DNA of 56,855 nt from an uncultured Nitrospiraceae bacterium (GTDB taxonomy: Bacteria > Nitrospirota > Thermodesulfovibrionia > Thermodesulfovibrionales > Dissulfurispiraceae): contig CAMTVO010000043.1 in assembly GCA_947085205.1 (NCBI GenBank), forward strand, positions 1 to 56,855, written 5' to 3'. The notes under the pieces are model-generated. The model did not search any database. It was not told the origin of the DNA and saw nothing but the letters and a program-made list of their open reading frames with translations. Both the position numbers and the translations under genes were made by a program. This document shows positions 1 to 10,928 of this stretch, in pieces. The stretch's first letter is position 1. Each line of letters begins with the position of its first letter.

Positions 1-114
<114 letters not shown>

Positions 115-134
115 TTATTTTATCATTTTTTATG

Positions 135-153
135 GTCTAACATATAATCTACC
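135..153 (-). other. Putative integron attI site
   Basis: Minus strand GGTAGATTATATGTTAGAC ends in a GTTRRRY core (135-141), 23 nt upstream of the toxin ATG and divergent from the integrase remnant. Confidence 0.55.
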
Positions 154-301
154 TCGCAGGCAGATTCAAGCTATTTGCGTTATGGTAGCATAATGCATTA
201 AATGCCGCAATACAAAAAATGTATATTAATATCAATGACACATGCAAATGCTAAACTTTACAATTTATGATATTATAAGTCAAAAGTATGGGAGGTTTTT
301 T

Positions 302-530
302 ATGGGTTTTCGTGCACAGGAGCAAAATTCCGGGCATATTTTGCCTGAGTTTCAGCAATACCTCTGTCCATACGCTCAGACATAGTTTTGCCACGCATCT
401 TCTTGAAAGCGGTTATGACATCAGAACTATTCAGGAATTGCTTGGATACAGGAATCTTCAGACGACTATGATCTATACCCATGTGGCCTCAAAAAACACT
501 CTCGGTATAAGGAGCCCGCTGGATAAATGA
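302..530 (+). pseudogene. intI: Integron integrase (IntI-like tyrosine recombinase) remnant with a large internal deletion
   Basis: C-terminus [27 protein letters not shown]...TTMIYTHV...GIRSPLD is IntI-type; RBS GGAGG (291-295) and ATG 302 open a different frame that stops at 385; LLGH reads LLGY. Confidence 0.75.
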
Positions 531-1579
531 AAGTCGCAAAGCTCTACAGCTTTAATGATATACGCATTGAAGACATACCTATACCTCGGATAGGACATCG
601 TGATGCACTTATAAAGACAAAAGCTTGCGGCATCTGCTCTGGGGATGTAATGCAGTGGTATATTGAAAAAAAGGCGCCCATTGTAATAGGACATGAACCC
701 GCGGGTGAAATTGTTGAACTTGGCAGCGAGCTATCAGCCATCAGCCATGAGCCATCAGCCTTTAAGGTTGGCGACAGGGTTTTTGTGCATCATCATGCGT
801 CGTGCCTAAACTTAAAATCCTGCAAATATTGCAAAAGGGGCGACTATGTGCAATGCGATACATGGCGCAACACAAAGATAATTCCCGGAGGAATATCCGA
901 ATACATACTAATACCGGAGATAAACCTGAGAAACGATACATTGATGCTTCCAGATGATATGAGTTATGAAGATGGGACATTGATTGAACCGACTGCCTGT
1001 GTTGTTAAATCTTTAAAGAGAGCATCCATAAAAAAAGGTGACACCATACTCATCATCGGTCTTGGAGTCATGGGGCAGATGCACGTGCTGCTTGCAAGAG
1101 AGTTTGGAGCAGAAAAAATAATCGGCGCCGATATGATACCGTTTAGACTTAATAAGGCCATTGAGTTCGGAGCGGATCATGTAATAGATGTCTCGAAAAA
1201 AAATATGATTGAGGGTATAAAAAAATTTACAGGCGGTTTTATGGCAGATATTGTTATTGTCGGCCCTAACAGCGCAGGTGCAATGAAAACAGGCATAGAA
1301 GCCGCATCCCACGGAGGAACAGTCGTCCTGTTTACCCCTGCTAAGCCAACTGAGATGTTAAATATAGACCCGAACTATATCTACTTCAGAGACATTAACA
1401 TTGTCACAAGCTATTCATGCGGGCCTGATGATACAAAAGCAGCGTTAACTTTCATAAATAAAGGCATTGTTAATGCAAAAAAACTCGTTACTCACAGATT
1501 TGCCATAGACGAGACTGAAAAGGCATACAGGCTTGCCGTCAAGGCAAGGGATTCGCTCAAATGCATTATAGCGTTATAG
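527..1579 (+). CDS. Zinc-dependent alcohol/polyol dehydrogenase (MDR family)
   Basis: CGICSGD, GHE, structural Zn Cys cluster, GxGxxG (GLGVMG). Confidence 0.9.
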   Translation: MKVAKLYSFNDIRIEDIPIPRIGHRDALIKTKACGICSGDVMQWYIEKKAPIVIGHEPAGEIVELGSELSAISHEPSAFKVGDRVFVHHHASCLNLKSCKYCKRGDYVQCDTWRNTKIIPGGISEYILIPEINLRNDTLMLPDDMSYEDGTLIEPTACVVKSLKRASIKKGDTILIIGLGVMGQMHVLLAREFGAEKIIGADMIPFRLNKAIEFGADHVIDVSKKNMIEGIKKFTGGFMADIVIVGPNSAGAMKTGIEAASHGGTVVLFTPAKPTEMLNIDPNYIYFRDINIVTSYSCGPDDTKAALTFINKGIVNAKKLVTHRFAIDETEKAYRLAVKARDSLKCIIAL

Positions 1580-1658
1580 GGTTATAGCGTAAGGCGTTAT
1601 AGCGAAAAGAAATTAACCCGACAAAACGCAATAACACTATAACCCTATAACGCTATTT
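1566..1658. repeat. Inverted pair of octamer arrays (TTATAGCG)n...(CNCTATAA)n between convergent genes
   Basis: ttatagcg/ttataggg/ttatagcg at 1566-1604 and cgcaataa/cactataa/ccctataa at 1627-1650. Confidence 0.85.
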
Positions 1659-2618
1659 TAATAACCTCGATACCTCTTGTATCAGCTTTGTGACATCGAA
1701 CTTTACAAGGTAGCCGTCAGCTCCTACAAGTTTCGCCTTTTCCCTGTTTTCTTCTCCGCTCAGCGATGTATTTACAATCAGAGGTAATGACTGGAGCTTG
1801 GCATTGGCCTTGACATTATTTGTGAATGTAAGGCCGTCCATTTCCGGCATCTCCACATCGGTGATAATAAGGTCTATGTAATCAGTAATGGGTTTATCGC
1901 CAATCTTCTGGAGAAAGTCGTTAAGTATGTCCAATGCCTGTTTGCCGTCTATGGCTTCAATAACATGCAATCCAGCGCTCTCAAGCGTATCCCTGAGAAT
2001 CTTTCTGGCAACTGATGAATCGTCGACAATAAGGACATTGCCCTTCAGCTTCTTCTTGCCTACCCGCTCTATCTCTTCAGCGGCTATACCATGCTTGGGC
2101 ATAAGGGCGCCGATATCAGAAATAACGCTTTCAAGGTCAAGAATTAAAAGAAGGGCAGCGCTTTCGTCGTCTATCTTTGTAACACCGGTAACCCTGCCGC
2201 TGTGTTTTGCCTGAAGCAATGACGGAGGAGGCTTTATCTGATCCCACTTAATCCTCCTGATCCTCTCCACCTCATGGACAATCATTCCGACTGTTGTTCC
2301 TAACATTTCGAGGACTATGACCTTCGGCCTTATATCCATATTTGAAGGAGCAGACACCTTCATCCACTTACCGAGGTCAACTATCGGGATAACATCGCCC
2401 CTTATCTCTGCAAGTGCCTCTGCATAGGCAGGCATATCGGGTACCTTTGTGAGCGTTGGCATTGGAATGATCTCCCTAACCTTCGCAACATTTACGCCGT
2501 AATCAAGAATCTCAGGGCTGCCGTCAGGATGTGTGCTGTACATCCTGAAGACCACGAGTTCCATCTCATTAGCTCCTACCTTTAAAACCTCCGGTAAAGC
2601 TCCTATGCCTTGAGCCAT
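1653..2618 (-). CDS. cheV: Chemotaxis protein CheV (CheW + receiver)
   Basis: YGVNVAKVREII CheW domain; receiver LIVDDS...TDVEMPEMDG...K; start moved to MAQG after GGAGG. Confidence 0.9.
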   Translation of the reverse strand: MAQGIGALPEVLKVGANEMELVVFRMYSTHPDGSPEILDYGVNVAKVREIIPMPTLTKVPDMPAYAEALAEIRGDVIPIVDLGKWMKVSAPSNMDIRPKVIVLEMLGTTVGMIVHEVERIRRIKWDQIKPPPSLLQAKHSGRVTGVTKIDDESAALLLILDLESVISDIGALMPKHGIAAEEIERVGKKKLKGNVLIVDDSSVARKILRDTLESAGLHVIEAIDGKQALDILNDFLQKIGDKPITDYIDLIITDVEMPEMDGLTFTNNVKANAKLQSLPLIVNTSLSGEENREKAKLVGADGYLVKFDVTKLIQEVSRLLK

Positions 2619-2722
2619 AATTTCCTCCATATATACAGTTAATCGAACCCTTTGATATTTTTAAATTATAGCCTTAGAGCGATACTTTTGCAAGCAAATC
2701 TTGAATTCGTATATAATCAAAC

Positions 2723-3238
2723 ATGCCGAAAGAAACAGGCCGCTCACATGAATATGCCCACTCCTGCGACTGGAAATCGCCTCAAAATAAAGATAGAGCA
2801 GCAGAGCAGCAGAGCAGCAGAGCAACAGTCAGTAAAATATACAGACATAAGGAAAATTTCCGATGGAGCGGTGTCAAAACAGAAAAATACAAACAAAAAG
2901 AAGGCGGCCAAAAGGATGGATGGTCGGCCATTTCAAGGCTTGTGTTGACAGGCAGTCATGGAGAAACTTCAAAATTCCATCTCAGATATTTCGAGATAGC
3001 GCCGAAGGGTTACAGCAGCCTTGAAAGGCACAGACACGAGCATGTGGTTATCTGCATAAGAGGTAAAGGAAAGGTAAGGATGGGGAAAAGGTCTTATACT
3101 TTAAATTATCTCGATACTGCTTACATAGCGCCCGATACCGTACACCAGCTCACAAACCCCTATAATGAGCCTTTCGGATTCTTCTGCATCGTGAATGCAA
3201 AAAGGGACAAACCTAAAATCGTAATGCGTAATGAGTGA
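2723..3238 (+). CDS. Cupin domain protein
   Basis: LRYFEIAPKGYSSLERHRHEHVV...G.G...HQL.N cupin motifs; octamer insert (GCAGAGCA)n near the N-terminus. Confidence 0.8.
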   Translation: MPKETGRSHEYAHSCDWKSPQNKDRAAEQQSSRATVSKIYRHKENFRWSGVKTEKYKQKEGGQKDGWSAISRLVLTGSHGETSKFHLRYFEIAPKGYSSLERHRHEHVVICIRGKGKVRMGKRSYTLNYLDTAYIAPDTVHQLTNPYNEPFGFFCIVNAKRDKPKIVMRNE

Positions 3239-3305
3239 TGCGTGATGCATTAAGGATTAAAGGATTTTTATTTCACTCATTACTCATTACTCATAACGCA
3301 TTACG
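3220..3305. repeat. Inverted pair of heptamer arrays (CGTAATG)n...(CATTACK)n
   Basis: cgtaatg cgtaatg agtgatg cgtgatg, AT-rich spacer, then tcactca ttactca ttactca taacgca ttacg. Confidence 0.85.
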
Positions 3306-3309
3306 GTCT

Positions 3310-5970
3310 TTAAGTTCCGCAGCACTTCTTATATTTTTTCCCACTCCCGCAGGGACAGGGGTCATTTCTTCCAATCTTTTTCTCTTTATGCACAGGCTGT
3401 TGTGCAGAGTCACCGTCTCCACGATTATAAACAAGCCTCTGCTGCGACCTTGCCTTTATCTCTGATTCCTCTTCGTGTCTCACCTGAATCTTGAAAAGTC
3501 TCATCAAAACTTCTGAATTAATCCTTCGGGACATATCGGCAAAGAGGTCAAATGCCTCTTTTTTATACTCTACAAGAGGGTCTCTCTGCGCATATCCCCT
3601 CAATCCTATGCCCTCTTTTATGTGGTCTATGCCGAGGAGATGGTCTTTCCATTGGGCGTCTATGACCTGAAGGAACACCATCTTCTCGATGTAGCGCATA
3701 AATTCGGGACCTGCTTCGCTTTCCTTATTCTCGTATGCCTCTTTTACCTTTAAGAGGATAAAATCAGCCATCTCATCAAGGCTGTTAAATCCTTCCGGCT
3801 GTATATTCACGGAGAACAAACCATACAGGGCATCCTTAAGGCCGTTCATATCCCATTCATCTCCGCTCTCCGGGCAGAAAACAGACAAAAGCTCATCCAC
3901 TTCAGTTTCGACTATCTCGAAAATCTTTTCCTTCAGGGACTCGCTCTGCAGCACCTCGCGCCTGAACGAATATATCTCCTTCCTCTGCTTGTTCATTACG
4001 TCATCGTATTCGAGGAGATGCTTTCTTATGTCAAAGTTGTGGGCCTCCACCCTCTTCTGTGCGTTCTCTATGGCCTTTGTAACCATCTTATTTTCGATGG
4101 GTATGCTTTCGTCCATCTTCAACAGGTTCATTAATCCGTTTATCCTGTCTGAGCCGAATATCCTCATGAGGTCGTCTTCAAGCGATAGATAAAATTTCGA
4201 AGAGCCCGGGTCTCCCTGTCTTCCGGACCTTCCGCGGAGCTGGTTGTCTATTCTCCTTGCCTCATGCCGCTCTGTGCCGATTATATGAAGTCCCCCTGCT
4301 GTTAAAACCTGCTGCTTTTCCTTCTCGCATATCTCTTTTGCCTTCTCATACGCTGCCTTAAAGTCCTCTTCAGTGTATTCCTTTTTATCCTTCAATAACT
4401 CCCCTGCAAGTCCGTCAGGATTACCGCCAAGTATAATATCCGTGCCTCTTCCAGCCATGTTTGTAGCAATGGTAACAGCGCCGAGCCTTCCTGCCTGTGC
4501 AATAATCTCTGCCTCTCTTTCATGATATTTGGCATTCAGCACAGAGTGCTTTATCCCCTTTTTCTTCAAAAGATGACCCAATACCTCTGACTTTTCTATA
4601 GATGTGGTTCCCACGAGTACAGGCTGTCCCTTTTTATGGCACTCTTCAATATCGTTTATCACTTCATTGAACTTTGCTTTTTCGCTTTTGTATATCACAT
4701 CGGGATAATCGTTTCTTACCATTGACCTGTTTGTGGGTATGACAATAACATCGAGGTTGTATATCTTTGCAAACTCCTCTGCCTCGGTATCTGCCGTACC
4801 TGTCATTCCTGCAAGCTTGTTGTACATCCTGAAGAGGTTCTGGAATGTGATTGTTGCAAGGGTCTGGTTTTCACTCGCTATCTTTACTCCTTCCTTTGCC
4901 TCGATGGCCTGATGCAGCCCGTCGCTCCAGCGCCTGCCGGGCATGAGCCTTCCGGTGAATTCGTCAACAATAATGACCTCTCCGTCCTTTACCACATAAT
5001 CGACATCTTTTTTGAAGAGGTGATGGGCCCTCAATGCCTGAAGCACATGATGCACGAGCTCTATATTCGAAGGGTCATAGAGATTGCCAACGCCGAGAAG
5101 TTTTTCGACCTTTGCGCTTCCCAACTCTGTAAGGGTGGCATTTTTCAGTTTTTCATCTATCTTGAAATCTGCATCTGCCTTAAGGCTGGGGATTATCTTA
5201 TTCACCTTATAATATTTATCGGTGGACTCTTCGGAAGGGCCTGATATTATGAGCGGCGTCCTCGCCTCGTCTACAAGAATACTGTCCACTTCGTCAACAA
5301 TTGCATAATTCAATTCCCTCTGTGCAAATTCGGAGGTATCGTATTTCATGTTGTCCCTGAGATAGTCGAATCCGAATTCGTTGTTTGTGCCGTAAGTTAC
5401 ATCCGCAAGATATGCCTCTCTTCTCGAACACGGTCTCAGATGGTTGAATCTCTTGTCGTGCGAAACGTATGTGGGGTCGAAGAGGAATGAATTGTCATGC
5501 TGTATTACGCCTACAGAAAGCCCAAGGAAATTATAAATAACACCCATCCACTGGGCATCCCTTTTGGCAAGGTAATCGTTCACTGTCACTAAATGTACTC
5601 CCCTTCCGTCGAGTGCATTTAGATAAACGGGAAGTGTCGCAACAAGAGTCTTACCCTCGCCTGTCTTCATCTCTGCTATCTTTCCCTCGTGGAGCACGAT
5701 GCCGCCGATAAGCTGGACGTCAAAATGCCTCATGTTCAAAAGACGCTTTGAGACTTCTCGAACAACAGCAAATGCCTCGTTCAGAATTTCATCAAGAGAT
5801 TCGCCTCCCTCAATCCTTATTCTGAACTCCTCTGTCTTTGCCTTGAGCTGTTCGTCGCTGAGGGACCCGATTGACGGTTCAAGACTGTTTATCTCATCTA
5901 TCGCATCAAACAGCCTCTTTAGCTCTCTCTCGTTCTTTGTGCCGAAGATTTTGTTTAAAAAACCTATCAT
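3310..5970 (-). CDS. secA: Preprotein translocase SecA
   Basis: [28 protein letters not shown]-terminal [19 protein letters not shown]; start at [10 protein letters not shown]. Confidence 0.97.
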   Translation of the reverse strand: MIGFLNKIFGTKNERELKRLFDAIDEINSLEPSIGSLSDEQLKAKTEEFRIRIEGGESLDEILNEAFAVVREVSKRLLNMRHFDVQLIGGIVLHEGKIAEMKTGEGKTLVATLPVYLNALDGRGVHLVTVNDYLAKRDAQWMGVIYNFLGLSVGVIQHDNSFLFDPTYVSHDKRFNHLRPCSRREAYLADVTYGTNNEFGFDYLRDNMKYDTSEFAQRELNYAIVDEVDSILVDEARTPLIISGPSEESTDKYYKVNKIIPSLKADADFKIDEKLKNATLTELGSAKVEKLLGVGNLYDPSNIELVHHVLQALRAHHLFKKDVDYVVKDGEVIIVDEFTGRLMPGRRWSDGLHQAIEAKEGVKIASENQTLATITFQNLFRMYNKLAGMTGTADTEAEEFAKIYNLDVIVIPTNRSMVRNDYPDVIYKSEKAKFNEVINDIEECHKKGQPVLVGTTSIEKSEVLGHLLKKKGIKHSVLNAKYHEREAEIIAQAGRLGAVTIATNMAGRGTDIILGGNPDGLAGELLKDKKEYTEEDFKAAYEKAKEICEKEKQQVLTAGGLHIIGTERHEARRIDNQLRGRSGRQGDPGSSKFYLSLEDDLMRIFGSDRINGLMNLLKMDESIPIENKMVTKAIENAQKRVEAHNFDIRKHLLEYDDVMNKQRKEIYSFRREVLQSESLKEKIFEIVETEVDELLSVFCPESGDEWDMNGLKDALYGLFSVNIQPEGFNSLDEMADFILLKVKEAYENKESEAGPEFMRYIEKMVFLQVIDAQWKDHLLGIDHIKEGIGLRGYAQRDPLVEYKKEAFDLFADMSRRINSEVLMRLFKIQVRHEEESEIKARSQQRLVYNRGDGDSAQQPVHKEKKIGRNDPCPCGSGKKYKKCCGT

Positions 5971-6031
5971 CTTTTTATAGTAAAAAACTGAGTATAATTT
6001 ATGCAAGCCAACAGTCTGCAAGCCGCAGTTC

Positions 6032-6060
6032 TTGACAAAACACATGGTGTTTGCTATGTT
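6032..6060 (+). promoter_or_regulatory. sigma70-type promoter for pilT with an overlapping palindrome
   Basis: TTGACA-17 nt-TATGTT with extended TG; AAACAC-atg-GTGTTT palindrome in the spacer. Confidence 0.55.
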
Positions 6061-6113
6061 TTGTTTATTCTTGCATTTCATGGAAAAACCATTTTCATAC
6101 AAAGGAGTATCCT

Positions 6114-7187
6114 ATGGCGAAAATCGATGCTTTTTTTAAGCTCATGCTTGATCAGGGAGCTTCAGACCTCCATATGGTTGCAGGGCAGCAGCCGATCCTT
6201 CGTGTCAGAGGGGATATGGAGAGGGTTCAATATGATATCCTCGATAATGATGAATTAAGGGGCATGCTCTATGAAATCACCCCTGAAGAAAAAATCAAGG
6301 TCTTTGAAGAGACAGGCGACGTGGACTTCGGCTACGAAATCCCGGGTATGGCAAGGTTCCGTACCAACATCTTCCTCCAGAAATATGGTATAGGAGCCGT
6401 TTTCAGATTGATCCCCAGCGAGATAATGACCATAGAGCAGTTAGGCCTTCCGGCAATATGCAAAAAGTTTGCGATGCTCGGTAAAGGAATGGTATTAGTG
6501 ACAGGGCCTACAGGAAGCGGTAAATCCACAACACTTGCTGCAATCATTGATTACGCCAATAAGAGCCGTAAAGACCATATTATTACTGTAGAAGACCCTA
6601 TAGAGTTCGTCCACAAAAGTCAGGGCTGTATAGTCAATCACAGGGAAATCGGGACGCATACGAAGTCATTCGCTGCTGCATTGAGAGGGGCATTGAGAGA
6701 AGACCCTGACATAATACTCGTCGGAGAAATGAGGGACCTCGAAACAATACAACTGGCGCTGGAAGCCGCAGCTACAGGACATCTTGTATTCGGCACACTG
6801 CATACCACAAACGCGCCAAAGACTGTTGACAGGATAATAGACGTCTTTCCATCGCATCAGCAGGCGCAGATCAGAACCACATTATCCGAAAGTCTCAAAG
6901 GTGTTATTGCCCAGAATCTCTTTAAAAGGGCTGATAAAAAAGGCAGGTGTGCGGCGCTGGAGATTCTCGTTTGTACATATGCCGTAGGCGCTTTGATAAG
7001 GGAGGCCAAGACCCACCAGATACCTTCTGCAATGCAGACAGGAAAGAAGTACGGCATGCAGACCCTTGATGATGCCATAATGGAGCTTCTGCTTAAGAAA
7101 TGGATAACGCCGGAAGACGCATACGACAAGGCAATAGATAGACAAAAGTTTGTGCAGTTCCTGAAAGAGCCTCCGCCGGAGTTTTAA
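6114..7187 (+). CDS. pilT: Type IV pilus retraction ATPase PilT
   Basis: GASDLH, GPTGSGKSTT, TVEDPIE, LREDPDIILVGEMRD, GTLHT, GMQT; RBS AAGGAG. Confidence 0.93.
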   Translation: MAKIDAFFKLMLDQGASDLHMVAGQQPILRVRGDMERVQYDILDNDELRGMLYEITPEEKIKVFEETGDVDFGYEIPGMARFRTNIFLQKYGIGAVFRLIPSEIMTIEQLGLPAICKKFAMLGKGMVLVTGPTGSGKSTTLAAIIDYANKSRKDHIITVEDPIEFVHKSQGCIVNHREIGTHTKSFAAALRGALREDPDIILVGEMRDLETIQLALEAAATGHLVFGTLHTTNAPKTVDRIIDVFPSHQQAQIRTTLSESLKGVIAQNLFKRADKKGRCAALEILVCTYAVGALIREAKTHQIPSAMQTGKKYGMQTLDDAIMELLLKKWITPEDAYDKAIDRQKFVQFLKEPPPEF

Positions 7188-7254
7188 AACAGTGAATAGT
7201 GAAAGGACTGTTCGGTGGATTTTTTTTACTATTCACTAACTATAGGAGGGATTT

Positions 7255-8445
7255 ATGAGAAAGCCGGAAATAGATTACATACTTTCAACAATGCTGGACA
7301 GCCATCAAAATGTCTCTGACCTTAACTTCACAGTGGGCAAACCGCCGCAGGTGGAATCTGCCGGACAACTTGTCCCTGTGACATTTGAAAACAATGTCAT
7401 AGAGACTCTTACGCCGTTTCAGACAGAAATCATCGCCATGAATCTGATAAACTCGGACAGGCGTCTCACAGAAAATCTCATAAGCGAAGGTTCATGCGAC
7501 CTCTCTTACTCTCTGCCTGATAAGGCAAGATTCAGGGTAAATGTATTCTCCCAGAGAGTCTCTTATTCAATAGTATTAAGACAGCTTGCTACGCGTATTC
7601 CGACCCTCGATGATTTAAAGCTGCCGGAAGTCCTGTCACAGATAGCGGAAGAAAAAAACGGTCTGGCGCTGGTAACAGGCGCAACAGGCAGCGGTAAATC
7701 ATCAACGCTTGCGGCAGTCTTGGATATAATCAACCAGAACAAGGCAGTGCATGTGCTCACACTTGAAGACCCTGTGGAATTCGCACACCCGCATAAAAAG
7801 GCCACTTTTAACCAGAGGGAAATGGGAATAGATTTTGATACATTTGCCAATGGATTGAGAGCAGCATTAAGGCAGGCCCCGAAGGTAATCCTCGTCGGCG
7901 AGATGCGGGATAGGGAAACAGTCGAAATAGGATTGACCGCAGCAGAAACCGGACATCTTGTCCTATCCACACTCCATACGATAGATGCAGGCCAGACAAT
8001 CAACAGGATTATCGGCATGTTCGAGCAGGAGGAAGAAAAACAGGTAAGAATCCGTCTTGCTGATACTGTGAGATGGATTATCAGCCAAAGGCTACTACCG
8101 AAAGTAGGCGGAGGAAGGATCGCTGTTGTCGAAATAATGAAGACAAACATCAGGGTAAAAGACACTATACTGAACGGCGAATCCGAAGGCAAGACATTTT
8201 ACGACATCATCGATACGGGAGAGGCATTCGGAATGCAAACATTCGACAGCGCCATCATCAAACTTTACGAGGAAGGTCAGATAACGGAAGAGACAGCCCT
8301 TGCCTATGCCTCCAAGAAACCGATTGTAGGCAGAGGCATCGACATGATAAAAGCACAGAGGGGCGAAAAGACAACACCCATAGAAGGTTTAAAGATGGAC
8401 AAGGATTACGAGAAAAAAATAAAAGAGCAGCCGTTCAAGAGATAA
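7255..8445 (+). CDS. Second PilT/PilU-family ATPase
   Basis: GATGSGKSST, EDPVE, LRQAPKVILVGEMRD, STLHT, GMQTFD. Confidence 0.9.
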   Translation: MRKPEIDYILSTMLDSHQNVSDLNFTVGKPPQVESAGQLVPVTFENNVIETLTPFQTEIIAMNLINSDRRLTENLISEGSCDLSYSLPDKARFRVNVFSQRVSYSIVLRQLATRIPTLDDLKLPEVLSQIAEEKNGLALVTGATGSGKSSTLAAVLDIINQNKAVHVLTLEDPVEFAHPHKKATFNQREMGIDFDTFANGLRAALRQAPKVILVGEMRDRETVEIGLTAAETGHLVLSTLHTIDAGQTINRIIGMFEQEEEKQVRIRLADTVRWIISQRLLPKVGGGRIAVVEIMKTNIRVKDTILNGESEGKTFYDIIDTGEAFGMQTFDSAIIKLYEEGQITEETALAYASKKPIVGRGIDMIKAQRGEKTTPIEGLKMDKDYEKKIKEQPFKR

Positions 8446-8469
8446 TAATATGCAAAGAGAGGTGATATT

Positions 8470-8940
8470 ATGCCAGAGATAGAGGAATACGGCGAAGGCT
8501 TTAAGACAGCCCTTATATGCGCCAATGCATACGATGACGATGCAGAAACACAGAATTTGATAAATTCCGCATTAAAAGAACTTAAGTATAAAGTAGAGAT
8601 TGCGGCAAGCAGCGCTGACACCTTTGAAAAGCTCAGATTCAATCAGTATGATGTGGTTGTGTTGATTGAAAACTTTGGAGGAAACTCTCCTGAAAACAAC
8701 GAGGTCTTGAAGTTCTTTCAGCATATGCCTATGAACACAAGGAGACATATATTTCTTGCCCTCATAGGCCAAAATCTGAAAACGCTTGATAACATGACAG
8801 CCTTTTCCAAGAGTGTAAATGCAGTGATTAACAAGCATGATCTTTCCAATCTGGTAAATATCCTTAGAAAATCCATCGACGACAACGACCAGTTTTACAA
8901 GGTCTATAAGGAGATTTTGAGGAAACTTGGGAAAAGGTAA
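8470..8940 (+). CDS. Hypothetical protein with a degenerate receiver-like domain
   Basis: Alternating beta/alpha pattern (TALIC...YDVVVL) lacking the canonical Asp; co-oriented with pilT genes; RBS GAGGTG. Confidence 0.55.
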   Translation: MPEIEEYGEGFKTALICANAYDDDAETQNLINSALKELKYKVEIAASSADTFEKLRFNQYDVVVLIENFGGNSPENNEVLKFFQHMPMNTRRHIFLALIGQNLKTLDNMTAFSKSVNAVINKHDLSNLVNILRKSIDDNDQFYKVYKEILRKLGKR

Positions 8941-8948
8941 AAACAATC

Positions 8949-10871
8949 TTATTCAGGCTTGAATACAAGAACAGACAACGGCGGTAGGACAAGGTTTAAT
9001 GAAAATTGCCTTTCATGGCATGGCACATTATCGGCATGAAGACCGCCTGCGTTTCCTAAATTCCCTCCCCAGTATATCTCCGAATCGCTGTTTAAAACCT
9101 CCCTGTAAAAACCTCCATGGGGAACGCCTATTCTGTATCCAAACCTCGGCACTGGAGTGAAATTAAATACAAATACAAGGAAGTCATCGGTATTCTTTGC
9201 TCTTCTTATAAACGATATAACACTGTTTTCCGAGTCGCTGCAATCTATCCATTCAAAACCATGCCAGTCAAAATCAACTTCATAGAGCGCAGGCTCTGTT
9301 TTATAAAGATGATTCAGATCACTAATAAACCTTTGCAGTTTCTGGTGAGGCTCGTACTCAAGGAGATGCCAGTCAAGGCTCCCGTCAAAATCCCATTCAC
9401 GCCACTGACCGATCTCAGAACCCATAAACAGGAGTTTCTTGCCGGGATGTCCATACATATACCCATAGAGTGCTCGCTGATTTGCGAACTTCTGCCACAT
9501 GTCGCCCGGCATTTTATCAAGCATTGACCTTTTCCCATAAACAACCTCATCATGGGAGAAAGGAAGGATAAAGTTTTCTGTAAAGGCATAGAGCATGCTG
9601 AATGTAAGATTGTTGGTATGATATTTCCGGTGGACCGGTTCTTTTGAAAAATACAGAAGTGTATCGTGCATCCATCCCATATTCCACTTCATGCTGAAAC
9701 CAAGCCCCCCAAGATATGTCGGCTTTGATACAGCAGGCCATGCAGTTGACTCCTCTGCTATTGTGAGCACACCTGGATGATATTTATGCACAACCTCATT
9801 GAATCTCTTTAAAAAATCTACTGCCTCAAGGTTTTCATTGCCGCCGTAAATATTGGGTATCCATTCTCCCGGCTCTCTCGAGTAGTCGAGATAAAGCATG
9901 GATGCAACCGCATCCACCCTCAATCCGTCAATGTGGTATTTTTCGAGCCAGAAAAGGGCATTTGAGATGAGATAGTTCTTCACCTCGTTTCTTCCATAGT
10001 TGAATATCAGAGTCCCCCACTCCCTGTGTTCGCCCTTTCTTGGGTCTTCATGTTCATAGAGACATGTACCGTCAAAAAGGCCGAGACCATGGGCATCCTT
10101 AGGAAAATGGGCAGGAACCCAGTCTATTATTACGCCGATTCCATTTTGGTGGCATTTATCAACAAAATACATAAAATCCTCTGGCCTGCCGAATCTGCTC
10201 GTGGGAGCAAAATAGCCGATTACCTGATAGCCCCATGATGCATCAAAGGGATGTTCTGAAATGGGCAAAAGCTCTATATGGGTATAGCCGAGTTTCTTAA
10301 CATGCGGGATTAATCTATCTGCAAGCTCTCTGTATGTGAGGAATCTGTTGTTTTCTTCAGGAATGCGCATCCACGAGCCGAGATGTACCTCATAAATTGA
10401 GGTCGGAGACCTGAACCAGTCCTTTTTCTCTCTCATCTCCAGCCATTCGTCATCCTGCCATTTATGCTTGCCTTCTATGTTATATACAATGGCAGCGCTC
10501 TTTGGCCTTACCTCGAAATAAAAGGCAAAGGGGTCTGCCTTTTGCTCTTTATAGCCCTTGTATTTTGATTTGATTTCAAACTTATATAATTCCCCCTCAT
10601 CAAGTCCCGGAATGAATATCTCCCATATGCCGGAATCTCCAAGAAGTTTCATGGGATGTTTTTTCCCATCCCAATGATTAAAGTCTCCGATAACACTTAC
10701 CCTTTTTGCATTGGGCGCCCATACAGCAAAATGAACACCCTTTATATAACCGGATTCACTGGCAACCTCCACAACATGGGCTCCGAGTTTTTCGTAATTC
10801 TTGTAATGCGTCCCCTCCCTTATTAAGTGGAGGTCGAAATCCGTCAAAACACGTTTCTTCATAAAAAACAT
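8949..10871 (-). CDS. glgB: 1,4-alpha-glucan branching enzyme (start may be 10862)
   Basis: [42 protein letters not shown]. Confidence 0.96.
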   Translation of the reverse strand: MFFMKKRVLTDFDLHLIREGTHYKNYEKLGAHVVEVASESGYIKGVHFAVWAPNAKRVSVIGDFNHWDGKKHPMKLLGDSGIWEIFIPGLDEGELYKFEIKSKYKGYKEQKADPFAFYFEVRPKSAAIVYNIEGKHKWQDDEWLEMREKKDWFRSPTSIYEVHLGSWMRIPEENNRFLTYRELADRLIPHVKKLGYTHIELLPISEHPFDASWGYQVIGYFAPTSRFGRPEDFMYFVDKCHQNGIGVIIDWVPAHFPKDAHGLGLFDGTCLYEHEDPRKGEHREWGTLIFNYGRNEVKNYLISNALFWLEKYHIDGLRVDAVASMLYLDYSREPGEWIPNIYGGNENLEAVDFLKRFNEVVHKYHPGVLTIAEESTAWPAVSKPTYLGGLGFSMKWNMGWMHDTLLYFSKEPVHRKYHTNNLTFSMLYAFTENFILPFSHDEVVYGKRSMLDKMPGDMWQKFANQRALYGYMYGHPGKKLLFMGSEIGQWREWDFDGSLDWHLLEYEPHQKLQRFISDLNHLYKTEPALYEVDFDWHGFEWIDCSDSENSVISFIRRAKNTDDFLVFVFNFTPVPRFGYRIGVPHGGFYREVLNSDSEIYWGGNLGNAGGLHADNVPCHERQFSLNLVLPPLSVLVFKPE

Positions 10872-10893
10872 TGTATCACATTTAACAAAATTA

Positions 10894-10922
10894 TTGACGG
10901 AAGAAGCCGTTTAAGGTATCTT
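10894..10922 (+). promoter_or_regulatory. sigma70-type promoter for aroC
   Basis: TTGACG-17 nt-TATCTT ending 6 nt before the ATG (possibly leaderless mRNA). Confidence 0.5.
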
Positions 10923-10928
10923 AAAAGC

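Noticed and set aside
288..530. 80-aa ORF as a functional recombinase
   Set aside because: It lacks most of the catalytic domain, and its first 25 or so residues are an out-of-frame reading of the true 5' stub
3235..3465. 76-aa ORF, and similarly 2652-2948 and 22753-23073
   Set aside because: Made of repeat translations and overlaps with real genes
5971..6113. N-terminal extensions of secA and pilT in the ORF track
   Set aside because: They overlap each other and a clear promoter; conserved sequence starts at 5970 and 6114
7563..8192. Long antisense ORFs (e.g. 7563-8192, 23659-24123, 26706-27224, 50429-50938)
   Set aside because: Shadows of well-conserved genes on the opposite strand, with no motifs of their own
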